A stretch of 64,000 bases of DNA from Candidatus Saccharimonadota bacterium (GCA_024635455.1 JAGXIU010000003.1:3966-67965), one strand, 5' to 3'. Positions 9,494-19,276 are shown, counted from the first letter of the stretch. Program-made: numbers and translations. Notes: generated by a model not told the origin, from the sequence alone.

Positions 9494-10188
9494 AGCGCGA
9501 GGTTACAACTGCAATAGTATTGCGGCGAACAGATTACGGTGAGGCCGATAGAATCGTTAGTCTGTTAACGCATAATCATGGCAAGATTACCGTGTTTGCC
9601 AAAGCTGTGCGTAAACCTAAGTCTCGGTTAGCAGGTGGTATTGAGCTGTTTTCTGTTAACGACATTACATTTATACCGGGCAAGGGAGACATGGCGACAC
9701 TTGTCTCTAGCAGAGTTCTTCAACACTTCGGTAACATCGTCCACGATTATGATGCGACTATGTATGCGTACAAACTTATCAAGGCAGTCGATGCACTAAC
9801 AGAAAACACCGTCAATGAAGAGTTTTTTATATTTCTACGAGAAGCACTGGCCTCGCTCGACAGCCAAAGCTTAAGCCTCGATAAAGTGCAACTCTGGGCG
9901 AGTCTACGCCTATTGGCACTACTAAGCGTGACGCCAAATTTACTAACAGACGAGAAGGGCCAGCAACTGGACTCATCTGCGCGCTATCGGTTTGATGTAG
10001 AAGACATGTGCTTCGTGAAACATCCTGATGGGATGTTTCATGCCCAACACATCAAGCTGATGCGTTTTTGCGTCGGGGCAGAGAGCGGTCTATTATTGCT
10101 GCGCTTACAGGCAGAGGAAGAGTTATTCCAGCCAGCCAAGGCTCTGATGCAGCAACTGGCTAGTGAAACTCTGCAAGTAGATCTGTAG
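9490..10188 (+). CDS. recO: DNA repair protein RecO
   Basis: IVLRRTDYGEADRIVSLLT..HGKI...AKAVRKPKSRL. Confidence 0.95.
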   Translation: MKREVTTAIVLRRTDYGEADRIVSLLTHNHGKITVFAKAVRKPKSRLAGGIELFSVNDITFIPGKGDMATLVSSRVLQHFGNIVHDYDATMYAYKLIKAVDALTENTVNEEFFIFLREALASLDSQSLSLDKVQLWASLRLLALLSVTPNLLTDEKGQQLDSSARYRFDVEDMCFVKHPDGMFHAQHIKLMRFCVGAESGLLLLRLQAEEELFQPAKALMQQLASETLQVDL

Positions 10189-10234
10189 CCGTCAGCTATC
10201 GCATTACAGAAGTTTTTCGCTATAATGTGTACTA

Positions 10235-11536
10235 ATGAGTAAAGAAGTATCACTAGAAGACATTGTTAGTTTGTGCAAACGCCGGGGCTTCATTTATCAA
10301 GGCTCTGAGGTTTATGGAGGCTTGGCTGGCACCTGGGACTATGGTCCGTTGGGTGTGCAGCTCAAACGAAACGTCATGAATCTGTGGTGGAAGACGTTTG
10401 TCGATGATCGTGAGGATATGTACGGCGTCGATGCGGCAATTTTAATGAACCAAAAAGTATGGCAGGCGAGTGGTCACACCGATACGTTTACCGACCCTCT
10501 GGTCGAGTGTAATAACTGTCAGTCACGCTTTCGTGCTGACCACCTAGAGGGCGACACCTGTCCAACCTGTGGCCAGAAAGATACCTTTGGCGAGCCGCGC
10601 CAGTTCAATATGATGTTCGAGACACACGTTGGTCCGACTGCAAGCGAGGAGGCCAGGAGCTACCTGCGCCCAGAAACCGCCCAGGGAATTTTTACGAACT
10701 TCAAGCATGTCGTCGATAGCTTCTATCCGGACTTACCATTTGGTATTGCACAGCAGGGTAAAGCCTTCCGTAATGAGATATCACCGCGAGATTTTGTGTT
10801 TCGAAGCCGTGAGTTTGAGCAAATGGAGGTTGAATATTTTGTTCATCCAGACACTTGGGAGCAGGCTTTTGAACAGTGGCGAATAGACATCAAAGCATTT
10901 TTGAACAACCTAGGTTTGCCAGAAGACAAGCTACATGAGCTAGAAGTACCTGAGGATGAGCGTGCACACTACAGTAAGCGTACTATCGACTTTGAGTTTG
11001 ATTACCCGCACAAGCGTGATGAGCTGCTAGGGTTGGCGTACCGCACCGACTTTGACCTAAAGAACATTGAAAAAGCCAGCGGAAAAAAGATGGACTACAC
11101 CGTCAAGGGAACCAATGAGCGTTTTGTGCCTCACGTCATCGAGCCGAGCTTTGGAGTTGAGCGTGCATTAATGGCAGTCTTAGTTAGCGCCTATCAACAA
11201 GATGAAGTAAACGGAGAACAACGATCCTACCTCAAATTACCGCACCATCTCGCGCCAGTGCGCGTCGCCGTTAGCCCATTACTTAAGAATAAAGAAGAGC
11301 TGGTCAAGAAGGCGCGTGAAGTCTACGACTTACTGAAGAAACAATTTGGTAATGTTATGTGGGATGATAACGGTAACATCGGCAAGCGCTACCGCCGTCA
11401 AGACGAGATCGGTACGCCGCACTGCGTTGTCATCGACTTCGACACCCTAGAAGACAGCACCGTCACCATCCGTAACCGCGACACCACCGAGCAAGAACGA
11501 GTCGCCATTTCTGAACTGACAGATAAACTTTCTTAA
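10235..11536 (+). CDS. glyQS: Glycine--tRNA ligase (homodimeric alpha2 type)
   Basis: LCKRRGF, WDYGPLG, YLRPETAQG, FRNEI, REFEQME, VIEPSFGVER, IGKRYRRQDEIGTP. Confidence 0.97.
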   Translation: MSKEVSLEDIVSLCKRRGFIYQGSEVYGGLAGTWDYGPLGVQLKRNVMNLWWKTFVDDREDMYGVDAAILMNQKVWQASGHTDTFTDPLVECNNCQSRFRADHLEGDTCPTCGQKDTFGEPRQFNMMFETHVGPTASEEARSYLRPETAQGIFTNFKHVVDSFYPDLPFGIAQQGKAFRNEISPRDFVFRSREFEQMEVEYFVHPDTWEQAFEQWRIDIKAFLNNLGLPEDKLHELEVPEDERAHYSKRTIDFEFDYPHKRDELLGLAYRTDFDLKNIEKASGKKMDYTVKGTNERFVPHVIEPSFGVERALMAVLVSAYQQDEVNGEQRSYLKLPHHLAPVRVAVSPLLKNKEELVKKAREVYDLLKKQFGNVMWDDNGNIGKRYRRQDEIGTPHCVVIDFDTLEDSTVTIRNRDTTEQERVAISELTDKLS

Positions 11537-11545
11537 AAGTAGATA

Positions 11546-12073
11546 ATGAAGCACGTCGCGATTATTGGATCACCGGGGTCGGGTAAATCGACGTTTGCTC
11601 GCAAGCTTGGCGCAGCAACGGGTTTGCCGGTCGTCCATCTCGATACAGAGCATCATCGGCAAGACAAAGACTACTACACGAATATCGGTTCATGGGATCG
11701 GTATGTACTGTCCGAGATAAAAAAAGAGACGTGGATTATCGAGGGTAACTTTAGCTCTACTTTTGAGCAAAGATTTGCGAAAGCCGACACGATTATATAT
11801 ATTGACACACCACGCTGGTTGACCATTCCGCGTCTGTTTAGGCGCTTGTTCCATCGTTCACCAGAGCGCAGGCCAGAGATGCCAGAGGGCTGGAGCGAGA
11901 AGTTTAATTATAAGTTTTTTCGATACGCATGGCGTTTTAAATATCGCCGCCGACCAATATATATGGATATGCTTCAACAACTACCAAAAACCAAGAGCGT
12001 ATATATACTCAAAAATAAACGAGAAGTGAATAATTTTTTGATTAATGTAATGGCTCAGAACAATTCTGAATAA
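11546..12073 (+). CDS. Adenylate-kinase-like / DNA topology modulation (FlaR-family) P-loop protein
   Basis: IIGSPGSGKST, VVHLD, WIIEGN, ADTIIYID. Confidence 0.85.
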   Translation: MKHVAIIGSPGSGKSTFARKLGAATGLPVVHLDTEHHRQDKDYYTNIGSWDRYVLSEIKKETWIIEGNFSSTFEQRFAKADTIIYIDTPRWLTIPRLFRRLFHRSPERRPEMPEGWSEKFNYKFFRYAWRFKYRRRPIYMDMLQQLPKTKSVYILKNKREVNNFLINVMAQNNSE

Positions 12074-12262
12074 ATCACAGAACTAGTCCTACTGGTCGGT
12101 CTTCTGGATTTCGATAGGTTTAAAAAACGAAGCTCCTGGCTTGATCCATCAGCATACTAATTGCTCGCATCGGTTCTCCTGAAGCCTAAAAGGCGATCAG
12201 CCTGAAATCGTAAGGTAACACAGATGCTTGACTTTATTAATATATTGTGCTTAAATATATAT

Positions 12263-12877
12263 ATGTCAATAAAAAACAAAAACACACCACATTCAAATAA
12301 CGAAGAAAATATTAACACCACAAAAAGGGTTATCGCTGGAGCTGGAGCTGCTTTGGCGCTTTCTGCAGGGCTTGGAAGTGCTTCAGAGCTACCGCCTGAG
12401 CCAATTAACGCTAATAGCACAATGACCTTTGAAGAATCCGATGCTCCAGTTGAGCAAGATTTACCTGCGCCGAGTGCTATTACTAACCAGCCACAAGAAA
12501 AACTGAGCCTTTCGGAGCTTGATAAACCTGATGATAAAGAAGCACCAGAGCCACATGACGAGCCTAAGAAGGCGGACGCTACTGAAAAGGTCGATCCTGA
12601 AACCAAAACCGATACTCCTGACGGATTTGAGTCTGAACAAGTACATTCGCCTCCAGTTGAAAGCAGTCAAGATAGCTCAGACCAAGCAGAACTACCACCA
12701 GTAAAAGGTGGCCCCGAAGACGTAATTATCCCTCCAAAGGGTGGCCCTCGAGACTTAGTAGGTACTCCATATGAAGTAGAACAGAACGACGCAATACCGC
12801 GTAAGGGTGGCCCCGAAGATTTGGTAGGCACTCCCTATGAGCTCGACGCAGAGCAAGAAAATCCACCTACCAGTTAA
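12263..12877 (+). CDS. Acidic secreted/anchored hypothetical protein with KGGP repeats
   Basis: Signal-like hydrophobic segment, D/E/P-rich body, three KGGPxD repeats. Confidence 0.65.
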   Translation: MSIKNKNTPHSNNEENINTTKRVIAGAGAALALSAGLGSASELPPEPINANSTMTFEESDAPVEQDLPAPSAITNQPQEKLSLSELDKPDDKEAPEPHDEPKKADATEKVDPETKTDTPDGFESEQVHSPPVESSQDSSDQAELPPVKGGPEDVIIPPKGGPRDLVGTPYEVEQNDAIPRKGGPEDLVGTPYELDAEQENPPTS

Positions 12878-13200
12878 GAATGGTCCGAAAGGTGTGCAGC
12901 AGTAGTTAGGTAGGTTAGACAAGAATAACCCACTGCTAAATACTAAAAAATATTTATTTTGAGTTTTCGCCTCACAGGCGACCTCTTTTTGTCTGCAGTA
13001 ACAAAAAGTGACAAAAAATACCACAGGCGACAGAAATTTCGTGGCGTATTTGTTGATGCAAAACAGGCTTGCTGCGGAACTTGACGATAAATTGCCGCTG
13101 GCAACTTAGACATTTCGAACAGTTGCAATTAGATTCTTACGATAATTTTCAAACAAACAAATCACATTATCCGCACACTCGTAAAATTAATAAGTTAGAA

Positions 13201-13443
13201 ATGGCCATACTTAGGCTAAGGTCCAACTTGGCTCAAGCGGAAGGGCGTCCTGCAGATTCTAACGAATATATGCGTATGGTTAATAATCTTGACCCCGAGC
13301 ATAGTCATGACAAAAAGTCACTAGACATGGACAATTTAGTAGAGCAAACTATTAAATTTGTTGCAGGATTTTTATTACCGGGAATAATTATCTACGCTTA
13401 CGTGCTATATTTTTTGGAAATTATAAATGCACCAATCTCTTGA
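13201..13443 (+). CDS. Small hypothetical membrane protein (start uncertain)
   Basis: ORF with C-terminal TM helix; no recognisable family. Confidence 0.35.
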   Translation: MAILRLRSNLAQAEGRPADSNEYMRMVNNLDPEHSHDKKSLDMDNLVEQTIKFVAGFLLPGIIIYAYVLYFLEIINAPIS

Positions 13444-13516
13444 TCAGCTAAAACGCTGATTGCTCGCATTGGTTTCCCTGAGCCTGGCGAGCAACAAAAC
13501 ATGTATAATCAAACAT

Positions 13517-13798
13517 ATGTATTCTTTGATTGTTACGTTGTTGGCGGTGGTGATACTTATCTATATGTTCGAAGTGTTGCGAAGGAAGTCATCGCCCCGA
13601 GTAAAGCGGACCGGTTTATTAGCTTGGCTAGCGATAGGGGTGATAGTGGCTGGCTACGGCTTCTACATGGCATGGTTGCGAAGCGAGCCAGCTGGTATTG
13701 GTTTTGTCATATTATTTGCAATGACCTTGTTATTTTGGGTACTGCCAACAGGGCTTTTGCTCTGGCTAGATATCCGACCAGATACACCAGAGAAATAA
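13517..13798 (+). CDS. Small 3-TM hypothetical membrane protein
   Basis: Three hydrophobic helices; TATAAT 7 nt upstream of ATG 13517. Confidence 0.65.
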   Translation: MYSLIVTLLAVVILIYMFEVLRRKSSPRVKRTGLLAWLAIGVIVAGYGFYMAWLRSEPAGIGFVILFAMTLLFWVLPTGLLLWLDIRPDTPEK

Positions 13799-13806
13799 GT
13801 CAAAGG

Positions 13807-14403
13807 TTATTCAATGTCGTCAAAGAGCCCTGCGAGTTCTTCGCCGTATTGAGCTTCAAGCGAGGAAATATTGATTGCTCGTTCGGCGAGTGCATTTGGG
13901 TTGAGCGCTTGTTCTGCTAGCATTTCGCCATAGCCGACTCCTGCACGCATGGCCATTGGGTCGTAGTTATCACCGGGGTGAGCGAACACTGCATAATTTG
14001 CACAAGACGCCATAGCGTCATCATGGCCTAATACATCTGCGCCAAGTCGGATAGCGGCAGCGGCCATAGTCTCTTCGTTATCACGACGATAGTCGTTCAG
14101 TGCGTAGAAATGATCTCGAAAGGCATCGTCATCCATAACCACATCTGACTTAATAGCAACGAAAGCAAGGCCGAGACACGCTCCGCGTTTGAAAGAACGT
14201 TCTTCTGCTGGCGATTTCATGCGTAGCGCCATCCGGTGAAAGTGTGATGGAACCATAACGCTACCAGCACGCAATACTTTACGACCAATATTTATTATAA
14301 ATGATTTATCACTGTATATAAGCAGCGATTCCGCTTCTTTGACATGCCATGCTTCTAGTCGAGCTTCGCGTGGTTCAGGGAATGGGTTAAGTGGTTCTGC
14401 CAT
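13807..14403 (-). CDS. Hypothetical protein
   Basis: 198-aa ORF with SD-like AAGGA; no family recognised. Confidence 0.6.
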   Translation of the reverse strand: MAEPLNPFPEPREARLEAWHVKEAESLLIYSDKSFIINIGRKVLRAGSVMVPSHFHRMALRMKSPAEERSFKRGACLGLAFVAIKSDVVMDDDAFRDHFYALNDYRRDNEETMAAAAIRLGADVLGHDDAMASCANYAVFAHPGDNYDPMAMRAGVGYGEMLAEQALNPNALAERAINISSLEAQYGEELAGLFDDIE

Positions 14404-14496
14404 AACGATATTTCCTTATAAACCACTATACCAGAATACTTATGTAATATCATATGATTGACAAACTGCAAGGCATCGGTACATAGTAGAGGTATT

Positions 14497-15075
14497 ATGA
14501 TAGAAAAGTGTACACACCTGCCATGCGGGTTTGAAAACCGGCTTGAATACTGCGAGCTGGAGGCGCGAGACGAGCAGAACGCAGAGATAGTCGCTGCATT
14601 GCTTGATGATCTCCTATTTGAAAGCGACGATGTAAGTAGTAGTCAGTATAAGCACGAAAACACCAGCAAGAGCGGCTTATCTGAGCGATCATTCAGCTTC
14701 ATGTCGGCAGACGGCGGCAGGCTGCAAGAGCTAGACGTAACACTCCGCCATGAGCGGAAGTATGCAGTCCAATTAGATTGCTATAAAGTTGAAGTTGCTC
14801 GTCGTCAATCAAATATAGCTAGCATGGGAAGCAATTGGCAAAAAAATCAATATGTTATTGAAATATACCCGAAGGGTAGGGTCCACGGAACAATAGATCG
14901 TATCAACCCATTCGTTACGCGTAGCGGAGAAATTGAAGAAGGTAGCGGCATAGACATTATGCGTGGATACGACTATGTACAATTATTCGAAGAGCTGGCT
15001 AACGTGTGCGAGCTACATGAAATCGAACAAGTTGATAACCACAATAGTCTCCGTGCGGGAGTAGAGCTCGAGTAG
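14497..15075 (+). CDS. Hypothetical protein
   Basis: Long ORF with GAGG before ATG 14497; no family recognised. Confidence 0.6.
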   Translation: MIEKCTHLPCGFENRLEYCELEARDEQNAEIVAALLDDLLFESDDVSSSQYKHENTSKSGLSERSFSFMSADGGRLQELDVTLRHERKYAVQLDCYKVEVARRQSNIASMGSNWQKNQYVIEIYPKGRVHGTIDRINPFVTRSGEIEEGSGIDIMRGYDYVQLFEELANVCELHEIEQVDNHNSLRAGVELE

Positions 15076-15220
15076 AGTTTTCTTGCAAAACGCACTCAGC
15101 TAAGACATAATGACATGCAACGACCACGTATCATGCGCGGCCTACTTACAGCAAATATCAACAGTAATACATAACAAACATCACCAAAATATACCGATCG
15201 TGATGTAAAGAAAGGTACAT

Positions 15221-15832
15221 ATTAAGTCCGCCATTATAATTCAAGATAAGGGTATCGAGCATTGCGATGCAGGGCAGGCTAGTCAGTCGTTTGCCGAACA
15301 ATGGTATGGCTGGGTCGGTCAAAGCATCACCGAACAATCGCATGCTGATGTAGCAGTGCCACACATGCCAAATCCATGCATTCCCAAATATGATGCTTGG
15401 AAGCAAAGCTTAGAAGAACTTGATGTTGATGACGAGACGGTCCTTATAGGACATGGACTTGGCGCGAGCTTCCTTACGCGCTGGTTATCAGAAAGGGGGC
15501 GGCGTGACGTCACACCAGAACAACTTGTACTTGTCGGTCCGTGGCATCGACATCGACAGCGACAGGTTGGTGCGGAATTTTTACATTATGATATTGATAG
15601 GAATCTGGCAAAACGGGTTGGACGAATCAGCCTTCTAACTTCAGTGGACAGCAGCGTCAACCTACTTATTAGCGCAAATCATCTTTATAAAAAGCTCGGT
15701 ACAGATATTGACCACTATTCTTTTGACGGGTTCGGAAATTTTATTGTTGGCAATAGTATGAGCGCTGAGCCATTTCCTGAATTACTTCAGATTGTTAATG
15801 CTCAGGATAACGTCAATAACCAAGACTTTTAA
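15221..15832 (+). pseudogene. RBBP9/YdeN-family alpha/beta hydrolase, catalytically degenerate, no standard start
   Basis: W.GW, P.MPNP..P.YDAWK, TVLIGHGLGA (GHSLG Ser lost), LVLVGPW, GNF (GHF His lost); homology starts at ATT 15221 after AAAGG. Confidence 0.6.
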
Positions 15833-16659
15833 AAAAGTCTGAGCGAGCGAATGATACCCAGTGCTTGTTTATATGCGTTCGTAGACTGAAATACCTGTGG
15901 TGACATCGAGTGCATTTCTAAGTCATCTTCTAGTGCAGGTGAGCTGTAGCCGCCAGCGATTATGTATGTATCTGGAGCCTGACCAAAATCTGGACCTAGT
16001 GTATCACCTACGCTGAGTGAGAAGTTACCAGCAATGAACAAGAAGGATATGTGATCTGATCGATCAAGTCCAAAGAATGAGACATTTGTATCCTCGCGCT
16101 GCCCAAGTGCTGGATCGGTGTAGGTTAGTGACTCTGAGGCGAGTGATGCCACTCCTCGTCCAATATAATTACTATCCGATTCCCGTGCTCCTTGGCGAAG
16201 ATAGAGCCGAAAGACACCATCATCGATAACTGTATTGTTTGCAGTGGTAAAACCAAAAGCAGGTGATTCTATAGTGACGTCGTCTTCACCTTCAGTTAAC
16301 GTCCAGTTTGTTGGATAGGTCACTTCCATACGTGGGCTAGAAGTTTTAGCTTGCTCGGTGCTTGTTACGGCCGGTATGTCATCTTCGCTAGCTCCGGGCT
16401 CTGCTTGGTTGCTTGCAGCGGGGGTTGGCGCAACTTGCTCGGTTGCTTGGTCAGTCGTATCAGTATCATTTGTATCAGTAAGTAGTTGCCAAGCAAAAAA
16501 GCCGCCAAATACAATAAGAATGATCACAACAGCAATAATAATCGGTCGTTTCCAGGAACGCTTCGGCATAGAGCTTACCCAGTCATCAGTATCTGGCTCG
16601 CCGGGCAGATCAAGTGGTTCGTTAAAGAACTCTTCATCTGATTGTTTATTGTCTTCCAT
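15829..16659 (-). CDS. Membrane-anchored hypothetical surface protein
   Basis: Single TM helix, acidic linker, YPTNW motif. Confidence 0.65.
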   Translation of the reverse strand: MEDNKQSDEEFFNEPLDLPGEPDTDDWVSSMPKRSWKRPIIIAVVIILIVFGGFFAWQLLTDTNDTDTTDQATEQVAPTPAASNQAEPGASEDDIPAVTSTEQAKTSSPRMEVTYPTNWTLTEGEDDVTIESPAFGFTTANNTVIDDGVFRLYLRQGARESDSNYIGRGVASLASESLTYTDPALGQREDTNVSFFGLDRSDHISFLFIAGNFSLSVGDTLGPDFGQAPDTYIIAGGYSSPALEDDLEMHSMSPQVFQSTNAYKQALGIIRSLRLF

Positions 16660-16711
16660 CGAGTCTCCCTCGTTTATGCTTACATAATACCATCTTGTGT
16701 ATTATAGGGGT

Positions 16712-17338
16712 ATGAGTAGAGAAGATAGACAACAACAAATTCAAACTGGTATACATCATTTGTCCTCACATGACCCTCGCCTAGCGAACGCCATAGAAGA
16801 AACAGGTGTTATATTCAGCGTTGAACCACATGATCGATACTATGAAGCGCTTGTGCGTGCAATCATATCGCAGCAGCTTAGTGTAGCGGCTGCCAATACT
16901 ATTGAGATGAGGCTACGACAGTTGTTTGTAGGCGATACGTTTACAGCACAAGAATTACTTAAGCTATCAGACGAGGAACTAAAGAGTGTTGGGATTTCCC
17001 GTAATAAGGTGACCTACTTAAAGGATCTAGCAAGTCATATAGATAGCGGTGAAATAATGGTACATGATTTCTCGACCGCTTCAGACGAAGCAGTGGTCGC
17101 TTCTTTAACGGCAGTGAAGGGGATAGGGGTATGGACTGCCCAGATGTTCCTAATATTTTGCTTGGGTAGGCTCAACGTATTGCCTTCGGCTGACTTAGGA
17201 ATACAGGTTGGCATACAGCAGACATACGAATTAAACGAGAGACCAACACCTAAGCAAGTTGAAGAGCTAGCGAATAACAACACGTGGTACCCTTACGCAA
17301 GTATTGCTAGCTGGTATCTGTGGAAGAATAAGGAGTAA
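16712..17338 (+). CDS. alkA: DNA-3-methyladenine glycosylase II (HhH-GPD family)
   Basis: LVRAIISQQLS, VKGIGVWTAQMFLIF, LPSADLG, WYPYASIASWYLW. Confidence 0.92.
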   Translation: MSREDRQQQIQTGIHHLSSHDPRLANAIEETGVIFSVEPHDRYYEALVRAIISQQLSVAAANTIEMRLRQLFVGDTFTAQELLKLSDEELKSVGISRNKVTYLKDLASHIDSGEIMVHDFSTASDEAVVASLTAVKGIGVWTAQMFLIFCLGRLNVLPSADLGIQVGIQQTYELNERPTPKQVEELANNNTWYPYASIASWYLWKNKE

Positions 17339-17375
17339 AATTATAATATTATTATAATTGTGTTATAATAAAATC

Positions 17376-17570
17376 ATGAAATCACAATCTACACAAAAGG
17401 TAATTCAGATAGGTTCAAGTATTGGTGTCACTATACCAATACGCGAGGCTCGTTATCATGGTATCAAGACAGGGCAGAAAGTGCGAATGAGTGTAGAGAG
17501 CCATAACGATGGTGAGACTATTATACGTATATTTAAACCATCTTGGTGGCGCCGCCTCTTCTCGCGTTAA
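17376..17570 (+). CDS. AbrB/MazE/SpoVT-family DNA-binding protein
   Basis: QKVIQIGSSIGVTIP...GIKTGQKV. Confidence 0.8.
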   Translation: MKSQSTQKVIQIGSSIGVTIPIREARYHGIKTGQKVRMSVESHNDGETIIRIFKPSWWRRLFSR

Positions 17571-17631
17571 TGTGCACCGGTTATCAAAAAATAATCTGCT
17601 AAACTTAGTCACATAAGTTTAAAGGAGGCAT

Positions 17632-18405
17632 GTGGTGTTCCAAAAAAAGAAAATTCAGAAACTTATTCGCTTCAATATGGTTATGTCAGCTATCCATGCG
17701 TCTCAAGGATTATTAGTTTTATTCATTAGTAGTAGCTTTAGTCTACCGATAACTTCAAGCTATCTAGCCTTTAACGAAACAACCGAATCGCTCGAGCAAG
17801 CTTCAAAGGTGTTGTTTGATCTGCCTCTCGCTCCACTGGTGGCACTATTCTTCTTCATCTCTGCTGGTTTTCATTTATTTATAGCCACGGCTGGTAAGAA
17901 GCAATATTCTCGTGACCTGAAACAAGGCATCAATCGATTCCGTTGGTATGAATACGCCATCTCTGCTTCTATTATGATGGTTGCTATCGCTATGTTAGCT
18001 GGTGTTTATGAGCTGTCACTTCTTATTGCAGTATTCGGCTTTACTGCGATTATGAACCTACTGGGCCTCGTAATGGAAGTACACAATCAGACAACGAAGC
18101 AAACCAATTGGTTGAGCTATGTAGTAGGTTGTGTTTCTGGCATCGTGCCGTGGATTATTGTGGCGATATATTTCTGGGGTACTGCGAGTGAGAGCGGAGC
18201 GAGCGCTATCCCTACATTTGTGTATTGGATATATGTATCGATATTCTTGTTCTTTAATGCCTTTGCGCTAAATATGGTGCTCCAATACAAGAAAATCGGT
18301 AAATGGAAGGACTATCTGTATGGAGAAAAATCCTACATTGTACTTAGCCTTGTGGCAAAATCGTTACTAGCTTGGCAAGTATTCGGTGGTACGCTGCAGC
18401 CTTAA
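17632..18405 (+). CDS. Heliorhodopsin
   Basis: 7 TM helices; H..Q in TM1, FH in TM2, NRFRWYEYAISAS in TM3, GE..YIVLSLVAKSLLAWQVF with the retinal-binding Lys; AGGAGG RBS. Confidence 0.95.
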   Translation: MVFQKKKIQKLIRFNMVMSAIHASQGLLVLFISSSFSLPITSSYLAFNETTESLEQASKVLFDLPLAPLVALFFFISAGFHLFIATAGKKQYSRDLKQGINRFRWYEYAISASIMMVAIAMLAGVYELSLLIAVFGFTAIMNLLGLVMEVHNQTTKQTNWLSYVVGCVSGIVPWIIVAIYFWGTASESGASAIPTFVYWIYVSIFLFFNAFALNMVLQYKKIGKWKDYLYGEKSYIVLSLVAKSLLAWQVFGGTLQP

Positions 18406-18450
18406 TCGGGACACGTTATAATGATGAACAGAAAAAACAAGGAGGGAACT

Positions 18451-19272
18451 ATGGAAACAGTAGAGTATAGAAATGGCGATATCGTGCCAGCGATTGGCTT
18501 TGGTACGTCTCACGCTGGTGATGAAGATGATGTGGTGCGTGTTGTGACAGATGCACTGCAATCAGGTTACCGACTTATAGATAGTGCAAAAATGTATGGC
18601 AACGAAGCTGAAGTCGGTAAGGCAGTACGTGAATCTGATATACCTCGCGAGGATATTTTTGTGACGACTAAACTCCGCAAGGAAGATCTTGGTTATGAGT
18701 CGGCATTTACTGCGTACGAATCATCTATAAAAGAGCTCGGACTTGATTATGCTGATCTGTATCTAATACATTGGCCAACCAATGATAGCAGTCGAAACGA
18801 CAGCTGGCGGGCAATCGTCGAGATGCAGGCAGATGGTCGCATACCACATATCGGTGTATCAAACTTTACAGTTGATCATCTGGAGGAGCTCAAGACAGTC
18901 TCTGACGTTGTACCTGAAGTAAACCAGATTGAACTACATCCGTATATCTGGGAAGAGCAGCGCGCGATAGTTGAATATTGCCAGAAAAACGGCATTATCG
19001 TGCAAGCATACAGCCCGCTACTTCGTGGCGGTGCACTGGACGACCAAACGGTCGGTAGCATTGCAGGGTTGCATCACAAAACTCCAGCTCAAGTACTATT
19101 GCGTTGGGTGGTTCAGCACGGAGCAGTGCCATTGCCAAAAACAACAAAGCCGGAGCGAATGAAGCAGAACATTGACATATATGACTTTGAACTTACTGAG
19201 GAACATATGGCCTCACTCGACGGCTTGACCAATGGTCAACGCTTTGCAGCAGATCCGCACAACATTGCCTAA
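18451..19272 (+). CDS. Aldo/keto reductase (AKR5/DkgA-like)
   Basis: GFGT, GYRLIDSAKMYGNE, FVTTK, DLYLIHWP, IGVSNF, NQIELHP, AYSPL. Confidence 0.95.
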   Translation: METVEYRNGDIVPAIGFGTSHAGDEDDVVRVVTDALQSGYRLIDSAKMYGNEAEVGKAVRESDIPREDIFVTTKLRKEDLGYESAFTAYESSIKELGLDYADLYLIHWPTNDSSRNDSWRAIVEMQADGRIPHIGVSNFTVDHLEELKTVSDVVPEVNQIELHPYIWEEQRAIVEYCQKNGIIVQAYSPLLRGGALDDQTVGSIAGLHHKTPAQVLLRWVVQHGAVPLPKTTKPERMKQNIDIYDFELTEEHMASLDGLTNGQRFAADPHNIA

Positions 19273-19276
19273 GTAT

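Noticed and set aside
17376..17570. Toxin-antitoxin module
   Set aside because: No toxin ORF adjacent; the next gene is heliorhodopsin, and the NYN protein is 3 kb away with its own promoter.
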